From the NCBI GenBank assembly GCA_902596665.1, contig CACJUN010000001.1:131680-195679 (forward strand): DNA of 64,000 bases. The letters run 5' to 3'. The stretch is from an uncultured SAR86 cluster bacterium. Lineage in GTDB: Bacteria > Pseudomonadota > Gammaproteobacteria > Magnimaribacterales > AG-339-G14. Under the pieces are notes generated by a model that was given only the letters and a program-made list of their open reading frames with translations, was not told the origin of the DNA and did no database searches. How positions within the stretch are numbered: position 1 is the stretch's first letter; every line of letters begins with the position of its first letter. A program made the translations under genes and the position numbers. This document shows, one piece after another, positions 1 through 10,909 of the stretch.

Positions 1-70
1 TGTTGAAGGCGTATCAAATGTTGTTGATTCTATAAAAGATGCAATAACAGGCGAAGACGACGACAAGTAA
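1..70 (+). CDS. 3' end of upstream gene, probably ribosomal protein S16 with a C-terminal extension (partial)
   Basis: Open frame ...VEGVSNVVDSIKDAITGEDDDK* ends at 70, just before rimM, where rpsP normally lies. Identity rests on synteny only. Confidence 0.45.
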   Translation, partial: VEGVSNVVDSIKDAITGEDDDK

Positions 71-94
71 TATTTATCTTTCTCTATAAATAAA

Positions 95-598
95 ATGGGG
101 TTTACTGACGAAGTAAACCTCATTTTAATTGGAAGATTAGGTAAACCTGTTGGCCTAAAAGGTCACATCAACCTAATAGCTCACTCAGATAATCCATCCG
201 GACTATCTAAATATAAAGAATTTTTCATTGATGCCAACGGCATCCATAAATTTACTTTAGATAAAATATCTAAATCAGGAAAAAAAACTTTAATTAAGTT
301 TGATTCCATAAACTCAATGTCCGAAGCAGAAAAACTGAAAAATCTGGATCTTTTTATTGATGAAGATAATCTACCTGATCTTCCAGATGGCGAATTTTAT
401 TGGAAAGATCTGATCGGGAAAAAAGTGATAAGTTTAAACAACAATTTTAATGGATACGTTAAAGAAATAATGCCGACAGGAGCTAATGATGTTCTTGTAT
501 GCGAGATTAATGATAAGGAAGTTTTAATTCCTTTGATAATAGGTAAGTTTGTAATTGAAATTAGCGAACACATAATAGTGGATTGGGAAATTGACTAA
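95..598 (+). CDS. rimM: 16S rRNA processing protein RimM
   Basis: IGRLGKPVGLKG N-terminus, GEFYWKDLIG, TGANDVL; rimM-trmD-rplS order. Confidence 0.95.
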   Translation: MGFTDEVNLILIGRLGKPVGLKGHINLIAHSDNPSGLSKYKEFFIDANGIHKFTLDKISKSGKKTLIKFDSINSMSEAEKLKNLDLFIDEDNLPDLPDGEFYWKDLIGKKVISLNNNFNGYVKEIMPTGANDVLVCEINDKEVLIPLIIGKFVIEISEHIIVDWEID

Positions 599-1382
599 GA
601 AATATGCTTTTATTTCTGTTTTTCCAGAAATTTTTGTTCCATTCTCTCAATCCGGAATCGTAAAAAAAGCTACAGATTCAGGATTAATTCAAATTAAAAG
701 TTTTAACCCCAGAGATTTTTTAAGTAATAAAGACAGAATAGACGATAAGGTTTACGGGGGAGGGCCAGGAATGGTATTTAAATCAGAACCGATACGGAAA
801 TGCATTAACCATGCTAAAGATACTTTTTCAGGCTCATCTAAAGTAATCCATCTATCAGCATCTGGAGAAACCTTTTCAGCTCAGATAGCTAGAGAGCTTT
901 CTAAAGAGGATTCATTAATATTTTTATCATCGCGATACGAAGGTCTGGATCAGCGCGTCATAGATGCAGAAGTTGATATGGAGATTAGCATTGGAGATTA
1001 TGTATTAACAGGAGGTGAAATTCCGTCTATGGTTCTCTTAGAGGCCATCATCAGATTTATTGATGGAGTGGTTGGCGATGAAGAATCTGTGAAAAATGAT
1101 TCCTTCGAGAATGCTCTTTTGGAACATCCTCAATACACCCGACCAGAAAAAAATGAACTTGGAGAAGTCCCTGAAACCCTATTATCAGGAAATCATGACC
1201 AAATTGAAAAATGGAAGAGAAAACATTCACTTGGTAAGACTTTTTTAAGAAGGCAAGACCTGATCAGACAACATGATCTAAACGAGCAAGATATAAAACT
1301 AATTAAAGAATTTCTTAGTGACCTTGGCTACGAATCTGATAGAATTGCCGAGCTTTTAAGCATAATTAATAATGAAAACTAG
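591..1382 (+). CDS. trmD: tRNA (guanine-N1)-methyltransferase
   Basis: [42 protein letters not shown]. Confidence 0.97.
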   Translation: MTKKYAFISVFPEIFVPFSQSGIVKKATDSGLIQIKSFNPRDFLSNKDRIDDKVYGGGPGMVFKSEPIRKCINHAKDTFSGSSKVIHLSASGETFSAQIARELSKEDSLIFLSSRYEGLDQRVIDAEVDMEISIGDYVLTGGEIPSMVLLEAIIRFIDGVVGDEESVKNDSFENALLEHPQYTRPEKNELGEVPETLLSGNHDQIEKWKRKHSLGKTFLRRQDLIRQHDLNEQDIKLIKEFLSDLGYESDRIAELLSIINNEN

Positions 1383-1722
1383 AAAATCAGTACAGATAGT
1401 CGAAAACGCTCAATTAAAAGAGAACTTACCTGAATTCAATCAGGGAGATACCGTTCTAGTGCAAGTCATTGTTAAAGAAGGGTCAAGGGAGAGAACACAA
1501 CCTTTTGAAGGGGTTGTGATAGGTAGAAAAAATAGGGGTTTAAACTCATCATTTACTGTGAGAAAAATATCAAGCGGTATTGGCGTTGAAAGGACTTTTC
1601 AACTGCATAGTCCTTTGATTAAGTCCGTTGAATTGAAAAGAAAGGGTAAAGTTAGACAATCAAAACTATACTACCTTAGAGAAAGATCTGGAAGGTCAGC
1701 AAGAATTCAAGAAAAAATCTAA
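1372..1722 (+). CDS. rplS: 50S ribosomal protein L19
   Basis: [37 protein letters not shown]. Confidence 0.98.
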   Translation: MKTRKSVQIVENAQLKENLPEFNQGDTVLVQVIVKEGSRERTQPFEGVVIGRKNRGLNSSFTVRKISSGIGVERTFQLHSPLIKSVELKRKGKVRQSKLYYLRERSGRSARIQEKI

Positions 1723-1734
1723 TCTCTCGTTCTC

Positions 1735-2631
1735 ATGGGAGAAAATAGTTTACAAATAGAAAGCTTTATAGATTCCTTATGGATCGAAAAAGGACTATCT
1801 AAAAATTCATTGGACTCTTACTCAAGAGATCTAAATCTTTTTTTGAAATATTTGGATAAATCAAAAATTGTATTAACCGATGTCACAAGAGCAGAAATCA
1901 TGGAATTTATGTCTTTTAGGCTTTCAAAAGGCTTATCAGCTAAAACCGTATCAAGAAATTTGTCTGTAATAAAAGCTTTTTTTGGTTATCTTGAATCAAG
2001 AAATTTAATTCAAAGTAATCCTACAAAAGATATAGAAAGTCCAAAATTACCCAGAAAGCTGCCTAATACGTTAACTGAGCAACAAATAAATGATCTTCTC
2101 GATGCTCCTGACGAAAAGACAAACTTAGGTTTTAGAGATAAAACAATGATTGAAGCTTTATATTCTTGCGGCATGCGTGTGTCGGAACTTCTTAATCTTA
2201 AGTTGAGTGATATAAATTTTAATCAAGGAGTAATTAGAATTCTTGGAAAGGGTTCTAAAGAAAGAATAGTGCCAATAGGGGAGGAGCTTATAAGCCTATT
2301 AAAAAAATATATTGAACAGATAAGACCCGAGTTACTTAAAAATGTTACAGAGGATCATTTATTTTTAAATTCTCGTGGAGCAGGAATTACGAGACAAGGA
2401 TTTTGGTTGAGAATAAAGGAATATTGTATGAAGGCAAACATTGATTCATCTAAAATATCACCTCATACTTTACGACATGCTTTTGCAACTCACTTGCTGA
2501 ATAATGGAGCCGACTTGAGGGTTGTTCAACTTTTACTTGGACACGCAAGTCTCAATACAACTCAAATCTATACAGAAGTGGCAAACGAAAGACTTAAGTC
2601 TATTCATAAAACTCATCATCCAAGAGGTTAA
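1735..2631 (+). CDS. xerD: site-specific tyrosine recombinase XerD
   Basis: Catalytic R-K-H-R-H-Y set (GMRVSEL, GKGSKER, HTLRHAFATH, LLGHASLNTTQIY); xerD-dsbC synteny. Confidence 0.93.
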   Translation: MGENSLQIESFIDSLWIEKGLSKNSLDSYSRDLNLFLKYLDKSKIVLTDVTRAEIMEFMSFRLSKGLSAKTVSRNLSVIKAFFGYLESRNLIQSNPTKDIESPKLPRKLPNTLTEQQINDLLDAPDEKTNLGFRDKTMIEALYSCGMRVSELLNLKLSDINFNQGVIRILGKGSKERIVPIGEELISLLKKYIEQIRPELLKNVTEDHLFLNSRGAGITRQGFWLRIKEYCMKANIDSSKISPHTLRHAFATHLLNNGADLRVVQLLLGHASLNTTQIYTEVANERLKSIHKTHHPRG

Positions 2632-3339
2632 ATGAAATATTTTTTTACTACTTTATTTATTTTTTTTAGTCTTGTTTTAAGTTCCCAAGATAATAGGTTT
2701 CTTGATTCTTTGAAGTCTATTTTGCCTGCTAGTTTTGAAATTGAATCGGTTTCTGTATCCCCTCAAGAAGGTTTTTATGAAGTTAAACTAAGCGATGGTT
2801 CTTTGCTCTATGTATCAAATGATGGAAAAAGTATTTTCTATGGTGATCTTTTAAGGATCACTGATGAAGGCATTTTAAACCTTAGCGACGAGTCAAAAGC
2901 TAAGGCAAGGCTAGATAAAATTGAAGAACTAGATAAAACTACTTTGATTACATTCAAGGCTAAAAATCCTCTTCATCAAATATATGTATTCACTGATGTA
3001 GATTGTGGTTATTGCAGAAAATTTCACAGTCAAATTCAAGCATACAATGAACTTGGAATTCAGGTAAATTATTTAGCTTTCCCGAGGCAAGGTCTTGCTT
3101 CGGAAGCTGGTCAAAAAATTATATCCGCATGGTGTTCAACTGAAAAAAACAAATCTTTGACCTTGTTAAAGCAAGGTGAGGATATTGAAATCATGAATTG
3201 TCTCAATAATCCAGTGGAATCACACTATAATTTAGGGCGAAGTATGGGCGTCCAAGGGACCCCTGCAATTCTTAAAGAAGATGGAAGCATCATTCCAGGA
3301 TTTATTGAACCAGACAGGCTCATAAAATTACTCAATTAA
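2632..3339 (+). CDS. dsbC: thiol:disulfide isomerase DsbC
   Basis: Signal peptide, [19 protein letters not shown]. Confidence 0.93.
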   Translation: MKYFFTTLFIFFSLVLSSQDNRFLDSLKSILPASFEIESVSVSPQEGFYEVKLSDGSLLYVSNDGKSIFYGDLLRITDEGILNLSDESKAKARLDKIEELDKTTLITFKAKNPLHQIYVFTDVDCGYCRKFHSQIQAYNELGIQVNYLAFPRQGLASEAGQKIISAWCSTEKNKSLTLLKQGEDIEIMNCLNNPVESHYNLGRSMGVQGTPAILKEDGSIIPGFIEPDRLIKLLN

Positions 3340-3340
3340 A

Positions 3341-4507
3341 ATGGATAAAGATTTTTCCAGAATAGAACGACTTCCTCGATATGTTTTTGAGGAGATAAAT
3401 CAATTAAAAATTCAAGCTCGTCACGATGGGAAAGACATTATTGATTTTGGCATGGGAAATCCTGATCAAGCTACTCCTGATTTTATAGTTAATAAACTTA
3501 CTGAAACAGTCAATAAAAAAGAAACTCATCGCTATTCTCAATCAAAAGGAATTCCAAGGTTAAGGAAGGCCATCTCAGATTGGTATGATAGAAAATATAA
3601 TGTCTCTATTGATCCAGAAAATGAGGCAATCGTTACAATGGGATCTAAAGAAGGTCTTGGTCATTTAGCTCTCGCAACGATGGATAAAGGAGACGTCATC
3701 CTAGTCCCGAATCCATCTTATCCCATTCATCCTTTTGGCTTTATCATTGCAGGAGCAGATATTAGACATGTCCCTATTGGTCCAGACATTGATTTTTTTA
3801 ATCAACTTGAAGAAGCAATTGCAAATACATTTCCAAAGCCAAGAATGCTTGTTTTAAATTTTCCATCGAACCCTACTACTGAGTGTGTCGATATAGATTT
3901 TTTTGAGCAGGTTGTTGAGATTGCAAAGAAAAATGAAATTTGGGTTATTCATGATTTAGCCTATGCAGATTTATGTTTTGACGATTATAAAGCTCCTTCC
4001 TTTTTAGAAGTAAAAGGAGCAAAAGATATTGGGGTAGAGTTTTTTACACTATCTAAAAGTTACAATATGCCTGGATGGAGAGTTGGTTTTTGTTGTGGAA
4101 ATAAAGATCTTATCGGCGCTCTATCCAGAGTTAAATCATATTATGACTATGGATTATTTACCCCAATTCAAGTTGCATCAATTGTTGCTCTTAATGAAGG
4201 AGATCAAGAAGTTAATAAAATTAGAGATATGTATAAAGAAAGAAGGGATGTCTTATGTGATGGATTAAATAAAATTGGCTGGGAGGTTGAGAAACCAAAA
4301 GCAACTATGTTTGTTTGGGCTAAAATTCCGGATAAATTTAAAATGAAATCTATTGAATTTTCCAAGTTATTACTTAATGAATGTGACGTAGCAGTCTCGC
4401 CTGGAATTGGTTTTGGGCAGTATGGAGATAGCTATGTCAGATTTTCTTTGATCGAGAATAGACAAAGAATAAATCAAGCAGTTAAAGGCATAAAAAAAAT
4501 ATTCTAA
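3341..4507 (+). CDS. alaC: PLP-dependent class I aminotransferase (AlaC/YfdZ-like)
   Basis: [31 protein letters not shown]. Confidence 0.8.
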   Translation: MDKDFSRIERLPRYVFEEINQLKIQARHDGKDIIDFGMGNPDQATPDFIVNKLTETVNKKETHRYSQSKGIPRLRKAISDWYDRKYNVSIDPENEAIVTMGSKEGLGHLALATMDKGDVILVPNPSYPIHPFGFIIAGADIRHVPIGPDIDFFNQLEEAIANTFPKPRMLVLNFPSNPTTECVDIDFFEQVVEIAKKNEIWVIHDLAYADLCFDDYKAPSFLEVKGAKDIGVEFFTLSKSYNMPGWRVGFCCGNKDLIGALSRVKSYYDYGLFTPIQVASIVALNEGDQEVNKIRDMYKERRDVLCDGLNKIGWEVEKPKATMFVWAKIPDKFKMKSIEFSKLLLNECDVAVSPGIGFGQYGDSYVRFSLIENRQRINQAVKGIKKIF

Positions 4508-5799
4508 TGGCTCAGCAAAAGATAAAGATTGCTTTATGCGGCGCAGGAAACGTAGGAGGAGCTGTATTGGAACTATTAACAGTAAATGCTGATTTCTATA
4601 AGAAAATGTTTGATACAGACTTTCTAGTAACCGATGTAGTGACAAAAAGCGGGAAATTAAGAGGATATAAGGATAAATTCAATGGAAATATTCACACCGA
4701 TTTTGAGTCAATTATCAATAATGATTCTATTGATGTTGTTATAGAGGTTATGGGCGGAATAGACGATGCATATAAAGTCGCAAAACAAGCTCTTGAATCT
4801 AAAAAAGACTTCATAACTGCTAACAAAGCAATGATGTCTTTACATGGAGATGAGCTATTTAGATTAGCTGAAAAAAATAATTTATTCATTGGATTTGAGG
4901 CTTCTGTTGCAGGAGGAATTCCAATCATAAGGTCGCTTTCTTCAAAAGCAAGAATTGAAAATATTTCTTGGTTTGCAGGAATTCTTAACGGAACAAGCAA
5001 CTATATACTATCCAAAATGGAATCAGACGGTATTGAGTTGAAGGAAGGTGTAAAGCAAGCTCAAGAACTTGGTTTCGCTGAAGCAGATCCAACATTAGAT
5101 CTCAACGGGACTGATGCAGCGCAGAAAGGAAAAGTTTTATCGTACCTCGCTTTCGGTTCAAAATTAGATAGTTCCATTGAATTAGACATTGAAGGAATAG
5201 ATATAGTTGAGAGTATAGACTTCAAGTTTGCTTTGGAACTTGGGTATTCAATCAAACCTTTATCAATAGGATCTTATGAAAAAAATAGACTCATTTTGAA
5301 ATCATTTCCTGCGTTAATTCAACAATCTTCAATACTATCTAAAGTAAATGAAGAGATGAATGCAATAGAGGTTTTTACTAAAGATTCAGGCTCTAATCTT
5401 TTTTATGGTCCGGGAGCCGGACCAAAACCTACTGCATCCTCAATATTATCTGATCTTTTTGACATAGCGCAGAATATTAAGGTTAATTACAGCAAATTCG
5501 GTCAAGGATTAATGGAGATTTCCAATAATACTTTCTCATGTCAGAGATACTTAAGATTGGAAGTGAATGATAGCCCAGGAGTAATGGCCAAAATATCATC
5601 TTTTATAGCAAAGCAAAACTTAAGTATCGAGTCTGTGATTCAGAAGGAAGATTTTTCACAAGATGGTCTAATTCCTATAGTAATTGTCCTCAATGAATGT
5701 AATGAAAATGAATTAGAAGACCTTTTAAATAGCTTTTCTAAAGAGAAGGACCTTTTCAAAAAGATTGTTCATCTTAGAATTTTTAATCCAAATAAATGA
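4507..5799 (+). CDS. hom: homoserine dehydrogenase with C-terminal ACT domain
   Basis: GAGNVGG, TANKA, FEASVAGGIP, GILNGTSNYIL, GFAEADP. Confidence 0.95.
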   Translation: MAQQKIKIALCGAGNVGGAVLELLTVNADFYKKMFDTDFLVTDVVTKSGKLRGYKDKFNGNIHTDFESIINNDSIDVVIEVMGGIDDAYKVAKQALESKKDFITANKAMMSLHGDELFRLAEKNNLFIGFEASVAGGIPIIRSLSSKARIENISWFAGILNGTSNYILSKMESDGIELKEGVKQAQELGFAEADPTLDLNGTDAAQKGKVLSYLAFGSKLDSSIELDIEGIDIVESIDFKFALELGYSIKPLSIGSYEKNRLILKSFPALIQQSSILSKVNEEMNAIEVFTKDSGSNLFYGPGAGPKPTASSILSDLFDIAQNIKVNYSKFGQGLMEISNNTFSCQRYLRLEVNDSPGVMAKISSFIAKQNLSIESVIQKEDFSQDGLIPIVIVLNECNENELEDLLNSFSKEKDLFKKIVHLRIFNPNK

Positions 5800-7163
5800 A
5801 ATACGTAAGTACAAGAGGTGAAGCTAAAGAAGCTTCCTTTGAGAATATTTTAGCTTCAGGTACAGCTTCTGACGGAGGGTTATTTGTTCCATCTGTAATT
5901 CCTAAGCTTCAAAGCGCAGTCATAGATGATATGAAAAATTTGTCCTATACAGAAATAGCTGAGATTGTTATCAAACCGTTCATCGGTGATTTTCTACAAA
6001 AAGATGAATTACAAAAAATAATTTCAGATGCATACAAAAATTTTGAAACCAATGATGTGGTTCAAATTAAAGATTACGAATTTGGGCATGTTTTAGAATT
6101 ATTCCATGGCCCAACACTCGCATTTAAAGATGTTGCCATGCAACTTTTAGGCAGGTTTCTAAACGCAGCCTCAGAGAAGTTAGGAAAAAAAATAGTTATC
6201 TTAGGAGCAACAAGCGGCGATACTGGATCTGCAGCCATTGCAGCATGTCAAAACTTTGAAAATTTACATTCCTTTATATTTTTTCCTGATGGAAAAATAT
6301 CAGAAGTCCAACGAAAACAAATGACAACCTGGAATAAAGATAATGTCGAAGCGGTCTCTGTAACTGGAAATTTCGATGATTGCCAAGACTTTGTAAAAAA
6401 AATGTTTGCAGATACTTCAGAAAATAAAGACATGCTCTTTGCGTCCATTAACTCGATAAATTGGACTAGAATTCTTGCACAAACAGTATATTTCTTTTAT
6501 TTGAGTTCAAGGATCGACAAAAAAGAAATTAATGTCTCAATCCCGTCTGGAAACTTTGGTCATGCATATGCTGGTTGGTATGCAAAAAAGATGGGTCTTA
6601 ATCTTAATAAGATAAACATTGCTACAAACAGAAATAATGTTCTTGATATCTTTTTCAAAAATAATATTTATAGAAAACTCAATACAATGGAATCATTGGC
6701 ACCTAGTATGGATATATCATCTGCTAGTAACTTTGAGAGATTGGTGTTTGATTCGATGGAAGGAGACGGAATCGAGACACAAAAATTAATGAAACAATTC
6801 AAGAAAGAAGGCTTTTCCATCGCTAATAAGCTTTATAAAGATCTCTGTAATGTTTTTGAAAGCCATTCGGTTGCTGATGAAGAAATTCTGGAGGAGATTG
6901 AATTTCTTTATGAAATGACAGGGGATATTTTTGATCCACACACTGCAATTGGGATTAAAAATATTCGTGAAGGAAGCGCTGAAAATTATGTCTGTTTTGC
7001 GACAGCTCACCCCTCAAAGTTTATTGATACCATAAAAAAAGTCATACCTAATTTTTCCGATACTCCTAAAAGACTACAAAAATTCTTAGATTCAGAAGAA
7101 AAATATGAAACCATGAATTACAATTTCTCAGATTTGAAAGAATTCATATTTAATAAGATTTAA
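5796..7163 (+). CDS. thrC: threonine synthase
   Basis: MKYVSTRG, LELFHGPTLAFKDVA, ATSGDTG, SINSINW, PSGNFG. Confidence 0.96.
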   Translation: MKYVSTRGEAKEASFENILASGTASDGGLFVPSVIPKLQSAVIDDMKNLSYTEIAEIVIKPFIGDFLQKDELQKIISDAYKNFETNDVVQIKDYEFGHVLELFHGPTLAFKDVAMQLLGRFLNAASEKLGKKIVILGATSGDTGSAAIAACQNFENLHSFIFFPDGKISEVQRKQMTTWNKDNVEAVSVTGNFDDCQDFVKKMFADTSENKDMLFASINSINWTRILAQTVYFFYLSSRIDKKEINVSIPSGNFGHAYAGWYAKKMGLNLNKINIATNRNNVLDIFFKNNIYRKLNTMESLAPSMDISSASNFERLVFDSMEGDGIETQKLMKQFKKEGFSIANKLYKDLCNVFESHSVADEEILEEIEFLYEMTGDIFDPHTAIGIKNIREGSAENYVCFATAHPSKFIDTIKKVIPNFSDTPKRLQKFLDSEEKYETMNYNFSDLKEFIFNKI

Positions 7164-7165
7164 AG

Positions 7166-8249
7166 ATGCAAGAGATTTCATTAAAGGATCGCTTAATAGC
7201 TGCAAAAAACTCTCTTGATGAGTTAAGGGGGTATCTTTGACTTATCGGATAAAGAGTCAAAATTAAAAGAGATTAATCTAGAACTTGAAAATCCTGAAGT
7301 TTGGCAAGATCAAGAAAAAGCTAAAATACTCAATAAAGAAAAATCTTTCTTAGAAAAAATAATAACCCTATATTCAGAATTATCTTCTAATGTAAATGAT
7401 CTAATTGAATTAGAAGCAATTTCGAGTGATTCAGAGATTAAAGATTTATCTGATGAAGTAGTTAATCTTGAATCACAACTTAAGGAATTGGAATTTCAAA
7501 GAATGTTCTCAAATAAGATGGATCCTAATGATGCTTTTCTTGATATTCAGGCAGGATCAGGAGGGACTGAGGCGCAAGATTGGGCAGAAATGTTGATGAG
7601 AATGTATCTTAGGTGGGGCGAAGATAAAAAATTTACAGTAGAAGTTATAGAGGTTTCTCCAGGTGATGTCGCTGGAATTAAAAGCGCTACAATAAAATAT
7701 TCAGGTGATTATGCTTACGGTTGGCTAAGAACAGAGACCGGAGTTCATAGACTTGTGAGAAAATCACCATTTGATTCAGGAAATAGAAGACATACCTCAT
7801 TTGCATCAATTTTCGTTTCTCCAGAAATAGATGACGATATTGAAGTAGATTTAAATCCTGCAGATATAAGAGTCGATACTTATCGTGCAAGTGGGGCTGG
7901 AGGGCAGCATGTTAATAAGACTGATTCTGCTGTTAGATTGACTCATGAACCAACCGGTATCGTTGTCCAATGTCAAAGTGGAAGATCCCAACATAGAAAT
8001 AAAGAAGAAGCCATGAAACAATTAAGAGCAAGGCTTTATGAGTTGGAACTAAATAAGAAAGAAGAGGAATTGCAGAGCCTAGAAGATTCAAAATCAGATA
8101 TTGGCTGGGGAAGTCAAATAAGGTCATATGTTTTAGATTCGTCTAGAATTAAAGATCTAAGAACTGGAGTAGAGACTTCAAACTGCAATTCAGTCCTGGA
8201 TGGTGATATCAACTTATTTATTGAGGCTAGTTTAAAAGAGGGCATTTAA
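7166..8249 (+). CDS. prfB: peptide chain release factor 2, expressed via programmed +1 frameshift (about 360 aa)
   Basis: ATG at 7166 runs 24 codons to CTT TGA. The +1 frame from GAC (7239) is open to 8249 and contains SPF and GGQ. The ORF track catches only 7488-8249. Confidence 0.96.
7226..7241 (+). promoter_or_regulatory. RF2 +1 frameshift cassette (internal SD AGGGGG, TAT, CTT TGA C)
   Basis: AGGGGGTATCTTTGAC read directly; matches the canonical prfB signal. Confidence 0.96.
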
Positions 8250-9701
8250 TTGAAAGAGCAAGACGAAAATAATTTATTTGAAGTACGAAAAGAAAAATTA
8301 AAGAAACTTAGGGAACAAGGAAAGGACTATCCCAATTCATTCAGGAGAAATGAATTAGCCAAGGAATTAATTCAAGAATACTCAGATTTAAGCAAAGATG
8401 ATTTAGAGAACACAAGTATCAGCGTTAAAGTTGCAGGTCGAATTATGCTTCGAAGGCTTATGGGAAAAGCCAGTTTTACTACGATCCAAGATATGAGCGC
8501 ACAAATTCAGCTTTATTTAAGAGAAGATACTTTAAGTAACTACGATGATTTTAAAACTTGGGATATTGGAGACATCATTGGCGTAGAAGGAGAGCTTTTT
8601 AAAACCAACACAGGGGAACTATCAATCAAGGTAACTGAAGCTATTCTATTAACCAAATCACTAAAACCCTTGCCCGAAAAACATCAAGGACTTGTCGACG
8701 TTGAACAGAGATATCGAAAAAGATATTTAGATCTCTTAGTTAATGAGGAAGCAAGAGAAGTTTTTTTAGCCAGAAGCAAGATTATTTCTGAGACTAGGAA
8801 TTACTTTGATTCAAGTGGGTTTATAGAGGTTGAGACACCAATGATGCATCCCATTCCTGGAGGAGCTGCGGCCAAACCTTTCGTAACTCATCACAATGCT
8901 TTAGGAATGGATTTGTATTTAAGAATTGCTCCAGAACTTTACTTGAAGAGACTTGTTATTGGAGGTTTTGAAAAGGTTTATGAGATTAATAGAAATTTTA
9001 GAAATGAAGGATTATCCACTAAACACAATCCTGAATTTACCATGTTGGAATTTTATACCGCTTATGAAGATTATGAGTTTCAGATGGATTTTGTGGAGGC
9101 ATTAATAAAGCATCTTTCGAATTTAGAACAAAGCAAAAGATCTTTTAAAAAATTTAAAAGAGTATCTTTTGATGAAGCGCTCACTAAAAATACATCTCTT
9201 AATAAAAAAGATTTAGACGATATAGATAGCCTAAGAAAATTTGCAAAAGCACTAAAAATTGAAAATTTCAAAACTTTATCTATTGGCAAATTAAAAGCTG
9301 AAATTTTTGAGTCAGAAGTTGAAGATAAGCTCTCTGAACCAACTTTTATCTATAAATATCCTCTGGAGATTTCTCCTTTATCAAGAAAATCAGAAGGTGA
9401 TGAGGGTTATGTAGATAGATTTGAACTTTTCATAGATGGTAAAGAGATTGCAAATGGTTTTTCTGAGTTAAATGATCCAGAAGACCAGCTAGAAAGATTC
9501 AAAATGCAAATGGAAGATAAAGAAAAGGGTGATGAGGAAGCTATGGAGATGGATTTAGACTATATCGAGGCGCTTGAATACGGCCTTGCACCTTGTGCTG
9601 GTGTTGGCATAGGATTGGATAGATTGGTAATGTTACTTACGGGAATAGATTCCATAAGGGACGTAATTTTATTTCCGCAATTAAAAAACAAAGGGAATTA
9701 G
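8250..9701 (+). CDS. lysS: lysyl-tRNA synthetase (class II)
   Basis: RYRKRYLDL, FIEVETPMM, YLRIAPELYLKRL, RNFRNEG, GIGLDRLVML. Confidence 0.97.
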   Translation: MKEQDENNLFEVRKEKLKKLREQGKDYPNSFRRNELAKELIQEYSDLSKDDLENTSISVKVAGRIMLRRLMGKASFTTIQDMSAQIQLYLREDTLSNYDDFKTWDIGDIIGVEGELFKTNTGELSIKVTEAILLTKSLKPLPEKHQGLVDVEQRYRKRYLDLLVNEEAREVFLARSKIISETRNYFDSSGFIEVETPMMHPIPGGAAAKPFVTHHNALGMDLYLRIAPELYLKRLVIGGFEKVYEINRNFRNEGLSTKHNPEFTMLEFYTAYEDYEFQMDFVEALIKHLSNLEQSKRSFKKFKRVSFDEALTKNTSLNKKDLDDIDSLRKFAKALKIENFKTLSIGKLKAEIFESEVEDKLSEPTFIYKYPLEISPLSRKSEGDEGYVDRFELFIDGKEIANGFSELNDPEDQLERFKMQMEDKEKGDEEAMEMDLDYIEALEYGLAPCAGVGIGLDRLVMLLTGIDSIRDVILFPQLKNKGN

Positions 9702-9705
9702 AAAG

Positions 9706-10908
9706 ATGAGTAAAGATTGGACGAAAATAAGGGCTAAAGTTAAAGATTTCATAGAGAATGAAATCTATCCAAAGGAAACTGAACTAGCTAAAGGAACACC
9801 AGAATCAAGAGAGATGCTTGGCTCCCTAATGCAGCTAGCAAAAGATGAAAAAATTTGGGCTTTAGGGCATCCAACAGACATTGGTGGAGGCGGTATGCCA
9901 TTCATGGAGTATGTCTACGTGAATGAAGTAATCGGTCGTTCGTCTTTTGCGATGGTGGCCCTAGGAACACACTCTCTACAGGATTCAATCATGTTAAGAG
10001 AATTTGCTTCGCCTCATTGGAGAGATCAATACTTAGAGCCTCTTGTTCAAGGAGAAATCTTTCCAAGCTTTGGAATGACAGAGCCGGAAGTTGCGAGTTC
10101 CGATCCAACTCAACTTCAAACTACTGCAATTCTTGAGGACGGTGTCTGGAGAATTAACGGTAGAAAGTGGTTTACAACTGGGGCAGCAAGAGCTGCTTAC
10201 ACAACTGTAATGTGTAGAACTGAATTAGAAGCTCCAAGTCATGGTGCTTTTAGTATGATAATTGTTCCAACCGATAATCCTGGTTATAAAATTGTAAGAA
10301 AAACGCCTGTTTTAGGCATCAACGGTGGTCATTATGAGGTCGAGTACGACAACGTCGAAGTTCCAGAAGAAAATTTATTAGGTCCACGAGGGCAAGGTTT
10401 TATCATTGCTCAGAAAAGACTTGGTCCAGGAAGAATTTTCCATTGCATGAGATGGCTTGGCCAAGCTCAAAGGGCTTTTGATTTACTTTGTGAAAGAATG
10501 CACGAAAGAGAAACTTTCGGCACACCTTTGACAAAAAAACAATTATTGCAAAAATTTGTATTCGATAGTGCTTGTGAGATACAAGCCTCGAGGCATTTAA
10601 CGCTCGATGCAGCAAAAAGGATTGATCAAGGAGATGATGCTCGAATCGAAATCGGTCTTATCAAAGTTGTCGGTGCTGAAATGCTTCACAACGTGATTGA
10701 TAGAGCCATTCAAGTCCATGGCGCTAAAGGACTTACAGACGACACTCCTCTAAGTCTTATGTATCGTCATGCCAGAGAAGCAAGAATATATGATGGTCCT
10801 GATGAAGTGCATATTCAGTCGGTAGCAAGGAGAATCCTAAAAAATTACGAACATAATGGCCCTGGCTGGGATTTTGGTGAAAGAGACGCTTCTTTAGTAT
10901 CTTCTTAG
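9706..10908 (+). CDS. acyl-CoA dehydrogenase (LvaC/ACAD10-11-like)
   Basis: FGMTEP.VASSD, INGRKWFTTG, RLGPGRIFHCMR, RIYDGPDEVH. Confidence 0.88.
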   Translation: MSKDWTKIRAKVKDFIENEIYPKETELAKGTPESREMLGSLMQLAKDEKIWALGHPTDIGGGGMPFMEYVYVNEVIGRSSFAMVALGTHSLQDSIMLREFASPHWRDQYLEPLVQGEIFPSFGMTEPEVASSDPTQLQTTAILEDGVWRINGRKWFTTGAARAAYTTVMCRTELEAPSHGAFSMIIVPTDNPGYKIVRKTPVLGINGGHYEVEYDNVEVPEENLLGPRGQGFIIAQKRLGPGRIFHCMRWLGQAQRAFDLLCERMHERETFGTPLTKKQLLQKFVFDSACEIQASRHLTLDAAKRIDQGDDARIEIGLIKVVGAEMLHNVIDRAIQVHGAKGLTDDTPLSLMYRHAREARIYDGPDEVHIQSVARRILKNYEHNGPGWDFGERDASLVSS

Positions 10909-10909
10909 T

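Noticed and set aside
1735-2631. Tyrosine recombinase as a phage or island integrase
   Set aside because: Length, motifs and xerD-dsbC synteny indicate chromosomal XerD; no dif-like site was recognised.
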